A DNA stretch of 64,000 bases. Source: Minutocellus sp. GHC0000111. Its lineage: Eukaryota. A program made the position numbers and the translations under genes. This document shows positions 57,935-64,000 of the stretch, piece by piece; the stretch's first letter is position 1; each line of letters begins with the position of its first letter. The notes below the pieces were generated by a model. The model was not told the DNA's origin. It worked only from the letters and a program-made list of their open reading frames with translations, and searched no databases. The stretch is from positions 3,286,001 through 3,350,000 of the forward strand of contig OZ361257.1 in the NCBI GenBank assembly GCA_977018835.1. The letters run 5' to 3'.

Positions 57935-59498
57935 ATGACTCAACGAGACATCTCCTCCAAAAGACAGCGATTGGCAGCCGTCGTTACTCTGTCGGTTGCT
58001 GCGGCGCTTCCCTTATGCTCGGCATTCGGTGTCGTCGAAAGGACCGAGCCCCGTTCCATGGAGAATCTCGTCCTGGGGACGGTAGCTCTGCCGTTCGTGC
58101 CCGGAGATCCGATGCAGCTTCTCGATGATGCCTACGAACGTGGTTTTTATCGCTTCGATTTGGCCCGCACATATGGTGCGGGTAAATCCGAGCAGGTCTT
58201 TGGCAAGTGGCTGGCCGAGAGTGGAGTTGACCGATCATCCGTCCATCTTGTTACCAAGGGAGGCATGGGCTCGGACAAGTACGGCAATCCTGGTGAGTAC
58301 ACGAAAGCGTCTTGCAGTTGATTGATGCATCAGAGCACTGATCAGCAGCAGCAGCAGTTCTTCGCCTACGTATACTATTGTTACGACAATGTCTAGATAC
58401 CACCCCACAGTTTGCTCACAAACGGATGTATCAAAATATATTGGTGGCGAGCCAATATGCTCTGATCACTTTCTGAAAAAATTTTTTCGGATGCAGCGGC
58501 TCTGGTGCATTGACCACAATTCTTTTCTCTATTCTCACTGGCCTCTTTTGCGTACTTTCATTACCGCATCGCGTTCAATCTCAGACCGTGAAATGTGCAC
58601 TCGCGAATCGCTGCGGTCTGAAATCACCGCCTCGCTCCAGGCTCTGCGGACCGATCACGCTGATTTGTACATGCTTCACCGTGACGACCCCCGAATTGAT
58701 GTTCGCAACTTTGTCGACTGGATGAACGAGCTGCGGGATGACGGACTTATCAAGCGGTGGGGAGTGAGCAATTGGTCTCTCCGGCGCATTCATGTGGCAT
58801 GTTCCTATGCTCTGAGCAACGATATGGAGCCTCTAACGGCCACCTCGCCGCAACTGTCGCTCGCGGTTCCTTCCAGTGATATTTGGCCTTCAACCTACTC
58901 CCTCTCGTGCCCTTCCAAGGCATCTGAGATTGATTGGTACGGTCAGAATGGAATTGAGGTTATGGGCTGGGAGGCCTTGGCGAAAGGCTTTATGGCGGTG
59001 CCCACTCTATGGCGGAGGCATGAGTTGGACTTCAGTACATTCCACGGACCAGATGCGGAGATGGGAACCGACCTGTGGAGGCTACAGCGCATTCAGCGCG
59101 CATACTGCACTCCTGGCAACTACGTGCGGAGAGATATCGCTCTGAAGCTTGCCAAAGAATCGGGTCTTACGCTTGCTCAGATTGCTCTCTTGTACTCACT
59201 TGCCAAGGGTGACCATGTAAGCGTTCTGGTTGGCGCTGATAGGTGCAGTCATTTGGACGAGATGGCAAATATTCGCGACTACGCCCTCGATCAGGAAGCC
59301 ATCGACTGTCTGACCGCCGCATCAATGAAGCCTGCTGTTGTCAGTCGAGTTGCAGAAGATGTTGCAGCTTGGCAAGTATCTGATGGTCTCAGCTATCGGA
59401 AGGTTGGTGCCGAAGTATCTACAGAATCAGCTGAGACTCTCGCTAACGCTCAGCCTTTTGATGATAATGTTTTGCAATCCGACCTGCAGGCTGCGTAG
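57935..59498 (+). CDS. Aldo/keto reductase with targeting presequence; intron 58293-58584
   Basis: LVLGT, FDLARTYG.G.SE, LVTKG, SLQALRTDHADLYMLHRDD, WGVSNW, WEALAKG, AQIALLY. The splice gives GNPDREM. Confidence 0.9.
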
Positions 59499-59643
59499 TG
59501 TGGATTTATCGATGATTACATGCACCGGGACGCTATTACGTTGAGAATCGGATGATATGTGATGGTACTGTTCCGGTTCTCACGCGACATGGAGGGCTCG
59601 ATACCAATCTGTCTAATAATCTTGGTGAACAACATATATATAT

Positions 59644-60154
59644 GTTAGTCCCAAAATGCGCTCTGTCCCAGTTCGCGAACTGGGATCCCAGTTTGCGAAC
59701 TGAGATTCATTTATCCCAGTTTGCGCACTGATACTACCAGAATGTAAACTGAGAAAAATAAGCTAATCCGAATATGGGAACCAGACGAGTTCGCGAACTG
59801 GAACAATAATAAATACCAGTTTGGAAACTGGTGTTCTCGGCAAGTGCCAGAATGGTAACTGCCGCGCCGGTGTTGGCTCATGCACAACGACTATTTTGTA
59901 CATGTACTGGTAGATCTATCTACAATACAAGTTGCACTGTGCATCACATCTTGAATTTGCAAATTAAAAAATGAAGCGAGGAGAAGCAAAGGCGATATCA
60001 TCCATGCTAAATATTCATTATTTCTCGATTGATCCCAGTTTGCAAACTGAGATTGTGCATATGATCCCAGTTTCCAAACTGGGATAAATAAATCCTAGTT
60101 CGCAAACTGGGATCCCAGTTCGCGAACTGGGACAGTGCGCATTTTGGGACTAAC
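59644..60154. mobile_element. Copy B of the (TA)n-inserted TIR element (511 bp), inverted relative to copy A, with internal deletions
   Basis: Same GTTAGTCCC...GGGACTAAC termini; interior is the reverse complement of 10921-11668 minus two segments; (TA)n on the left, (TA)n then (GT)n on the right. Confidence 0.92.

Positions 60155-60159
<5 letters not shown>

Positions 60160-60189
<30 letters not shown>
60160..60189. repeat. (TG)n microsatellite abutting the TIR element
   Basis: About 14 TG units directly after ...CTAACATATA. Confidence 0.85.
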
Positions 60190-60190
<1 letters not shown>

Positions 60191-60232
60191 TCAATTCATT
60201 ATCATACCTGTATAATATGAAAAGCGAACGAA

Positions 60233-63200
60233 CTATCGTTCTGTGCACTCTGGAATGCAACAGTCGCAATCTACATCCTCGCAGTCCACCGATAGAAGGG
60301 CAAGTCCGCTGTTACTCCTTTTCATGTCGCATACTTCTTGCGGCATTGATCCCTCGAGTTTGTTATCTTCAAAGCGAGCGATTCGAACATTTTCCATGAA
60401 TTTCAATGAATTTGGTATGACACTTGAGAACCTGTTTCCTTGAAGCTGTATTTGACGCATGTTTGGGAGACTACCGATGACTCCATCTAAGGTTCCGTCG
60501 AGGTCATTGTCGTTCAGGTAAAGCGCTATCAAAGTGAGTGGTAAGGTCGAAGGTACCTCACCAGTCAGATTATTACTGAGACGAAGACGAACTAGCCCTT
60601 CATTGAACTTTTGCAACAAGCGCCCAAATAGCTTGTTGTCTTCAAGCCCCAAAATATCCAATGATTTGCGAGCTTGAAGCTCGGAAGGTAACTCCCCAAC
60701 AAGCGCTACGCAAGAGAGGATTGAAGTCATAATAGCGTTTAAAAGCAAAGGAAATATCAAAGAAAAGAGAATTGAGATTTCTGTTCAACAAGCGCAAATT
60801 GTCGGCGCAGCCAGATGTTTACTTACGCAATTCGATTGTGTCGATTTCTCCCCGGAAATTGCAACTAACGCCCAGCCAGGAGCACTCTGAAGACTCACTG
60901 AGCCATTTACCGTTGTCGGTCCATTCCTTGCCGTTCGTAGAGTAGTATAGAACAGCTAGGATGTATCTTTGTTCGAGAGTGGTGTCCAGAGGACAGAGAA
61001 CTCGATCGTCTTCAGCCAGGATCCACTGGTAGGCTTGTCCTTGAGGGGTTCCCGGGTCAACCTCCCCGTCTGAGTAGATGTCACGTATGGCAGTGATGAG
61101 AGATAGGCGCATCAAGATCACATTCGCCCGTTGCTTTCTTGTAATGCCGTTGCATAAAGTTTCCGACGATGATGTAGGCCGAGGGGTCGGAGCTGGCTCA
61201 TTCCGGCTATCTTGTTTGTCGTCTCCCTTAAGATCATTATCCTCGTCACAGCAGTTTTCTCTGCACTTGGCTCGACACTCCTTATCGTCACGGTCGCATT
61301 TCTCGGAGTCATAACAATTCTGACGGCAGCGAACTTCTGCTTCGGTGTCGCAGAATTCTGAAAATTCGGAGGAAGAAGACTTGCTTTTGTCGGACTTTTT
61401 GCAGCATCGAGTTCGGCAATCTTTTTGGCACTGGGCATCGTCGTCTTCACATTTGTTCTTAATCACACACTCAACCTTGCAAAGCTTCTCTTCGGATCTG
61501 GAAATGTTGCAATGTATTGAAAACGGGGTAATTGAGATAATGAGCAGAGAGCGCTAAAATAGTTGCTGCGACGAACAAACATGACAATATAAAAATTTAG
61601 GACAAATGTATTTCTTCGCAAGCAAGTGCCGGCACTGACCTATTGCATAGAACATCAGCTTCTTCATCTTCGCAGCAGCCATATCTACAGGCTCGAAGAC
61701 AATCTGAGTCATCATCACAAGAATTTTCCATCAAGCACTCCTGGCGGCACTGCTTCTCTCCTGTGCCGATAAAAGGAATGGCAAAAAAGAGTAGGTTTTG
61801 TCCGAGAGCAGAATCATCTGTATTTTAGAGGGAGCTGATGACATGTATATCTTGCTGTGCGAACAATAGAATACGATCGTAACATGGAGCCAAGCCGGAA
61901 TAACATTCCATTTTACACAACAGTCTCTTACCTACAAAGTTGCACAGGCGGTCGTTTTCATCCTCGCAGCATTTGAATCGACACATCTAGAGAAAGAATG
62001 CGGAAAGAATTGAGGCAGGTGGGCGGAGTTCAGGATACGGGTACATAATTAGAATTACTCCCAATGCCAATGCAATAAATCACATAAATACATGTACAAG
62101 CAACAAATTAGCGGAAAACACTCACCTTGATGCAGTGCTCGTCATCATCTTTGCATTTTGATTTAATGATGCAGTTGGTCCTACACAGTTTCTCTGGAAT
62201 TCGATCACAGAGAGAGTCCTCTTCTCTCTCACAGCTCCGGAAACGGCAAAGCCTCTGACAATCTTCATCAGAATCTTTACAGCCCATGTCCATAAAACAA
62301 GTATTCCTTCTTTCCTTTTCGGCAAGCTGCAACATGAGAGATCCGGGCGGAGAAGAAGGAGGATAAGAAAATGAGAATAAGCTTGAAAAAAAAAAGATTC
62401 AAGCTACATGCAGCAAAGCAGAAATACGCTAGCCGAAAATGTGCTCACGGTATTGCAGAGTCTATCGTCGTCGTCACAACATTGGAACCTGCACTTTTTA
62501 ATACAATTTTCATCTTTGCCACAATTGCTGCTAGCTATGCACTGGTCACGGCACGAGGTCTCAGATTGCAGGTTGCAGAGCTTGCCTGCATCTTCAAATT
62601 CACAATTTTGGTACCTGCAAATGGCCATACAATTGCGATCCTCCTCATCATTGCTGCCAGTGCATCCTTCACTCTCAAAACAGTCGTTTCGAGAACTTTT
62701 CTCTTCAGGCTAAAGGCAGAGATCCGAGGGGAGGAGGATGAAATGAGCTTCGGTTGAATAATATGAATGGGATCAGCCATTCCACTGCGGATGCTATGTA
62801 GTAGAAATAAATTTCTATTGAAAAAAATTGAGACCAAAATACTCACCGTATTGCATAATCTATCATCTTCGTAGCAGCACTTGAAGCGACATTTCTGTAG
62901 AATTCATGTATGTAGACAAAATCATATTTTCAGAATAATCGTACAAAGCACAAACATTTACGAACACGAACCAATTGAATTCGAAGCCTTACCTTCTTGC
63001 AGTCATCACTGTCGCCGCAATTCCGAGACTCGAAACAAGATTTTCTACACGTACGCTCGGCAGAAGTGTTGCAAAGCCGTTCGTTGGCCTCCTTGATGGC
63101 ATCACCTTGTTTGGCTTTGTTGCGAGAGAAGCCGCAACACTTGGATCGACATCGCTTTTTGCATGTTTCGTCGTCTTCACTGTCGCTACTACCACAGCTC

Positions 63201-64000
63201 TTGTCTCGAAAGCACTGGGACATTTGAGAATAGTAATTGATCGAGTCAGCAAATCAAATGAGTAGAACAACAGTGCATTATATTTGAGACCAGGGGGTAA
63301 TATTGCTTATGCGCGCCTTACCTGCTCTCGGCAACGTCTCTCTGGGGCGGTATTGCACATGCGCTCAAATTCAGAAGCAGCACTGCTGCGTTTCTTCTTC
63401 TTCTTCTTGGTATCTTGGCTTTTCTTGGGACTGCTATCGTCGCTGTGCTTCTTTTTATCATGGCTGGAACTACTGCTGTCTTCTTTCTTCGTAAAGAGAT
63501 GAAGATTCTTATCCTTGGCTTCACAGCATTTTGCGCGGCAGTTCTGTTTGCATTCTTCCTTATCGTCACCACTCTCTTGGGCACAATCATTGCGATCTTT
63601 ACAGGGCTGGTAACACTCCTATAAGATGTCAATGGGCACATTTTGATTGATGAGGATGGGTGTGAAATTGGTGCGTCTACATTGCATTCGACAGAAATAT
63701 ATTTGAATGATACATAAAAAATGAAGGTAATTCCAATCACACTTACCTGCTCTTTTTCGGTATTGCACAAACGGTCCTCATCCTTCGCCTTCTTCCGTGC
63801 CTCAAGTTGCGCCAAGAGATCCGCAACACTTTCTGGCGTGAAGGCGGCAGACACGTCCCCTGCGGCCTGTTTCTGCTGCTCTCCGGTTGTAGCGGCTGCC
63901 ACCGATTCTGACGATGCTGCATTCGGTAGATTAGTTTGAATTGTGCCACCACCAAAGAAATCCGCCGTGGTTGCTACTCCCGGTACTGTCGCAACTTCGT
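60233..64000 (-). CDS. Multi-exon protein (5' end beyond the window): at least 10 tandem 8-Cys repeats followed by an LRR module paralogous to 55545-57201
   Basis: Short GT-AG introns join exons encoding LCNT..E..CR..C.....C...DD..C...CR..CC units, then PQGQAYQWI..D..LCP..LEQRYILAVLYYSTNG..W, ECSWLGVSC, LRRs and VDC..VDCDCC. Confidence 0.8.

Noticed and set aside
43646..59498. Metabolic gene cluster (MTN, methyltransferase, oxygenase, KDSR, AKR)
   Set aside because: No coherent pathway or core biosynthetic enzyme; predicted compartments differ and unrelated genes are interspersed.
1..64000. rRNA, tRNA or other structured RNA genes
   Set aside because: None recognised by eye; a tRNAscan/Infernal run would be needed to exclude them.

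Overview
Gene-dense eukaryotic nuclear DNA, most likely from a diatom or related stramenopile. Evidence: short GT-AG introns, several bipartite signal + 'AF' plastid-targeting presequences, and diatom-type LRR and Cys/His domain families. About 27 protein-coding loci are supportable, including an ~18 kb VPS13, a single-chain tandem mitochondrial pyruvate carrier, KDSR, MTA/SAH nucleosidase, parvulin, an aldo-keto reductase, an AAA ATPase, a HAD-ankyrin protein and two paralogous secreted LRR proteins. The most unusual items are: (1) a degenerate two-gene DNA transposon at ~48.5-51.6 kb, with an internally deleted transposase convergent with an OB-fold-like + KolX/P2X7-ballast-like accessory gene (Kolobok-like), beside a decayed oxygenase gene; (2) two copies of a TIR element inserted in (TA)n tracts and built from an 18-bp palindrome; (3) a multi-exon LRR gene with at least 10 tandem 8-Cys repeats showing paired Cys loss; (4) a PH + TM + catalytically degenerate E2-acyltransferase-like protein; and (5) recurrent in-frame stops and 1-2 bp frameshifts in otherwise intact genes, which may largely be assembly errors. 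All family assignments come from reading motifs by eye; no searches were run.
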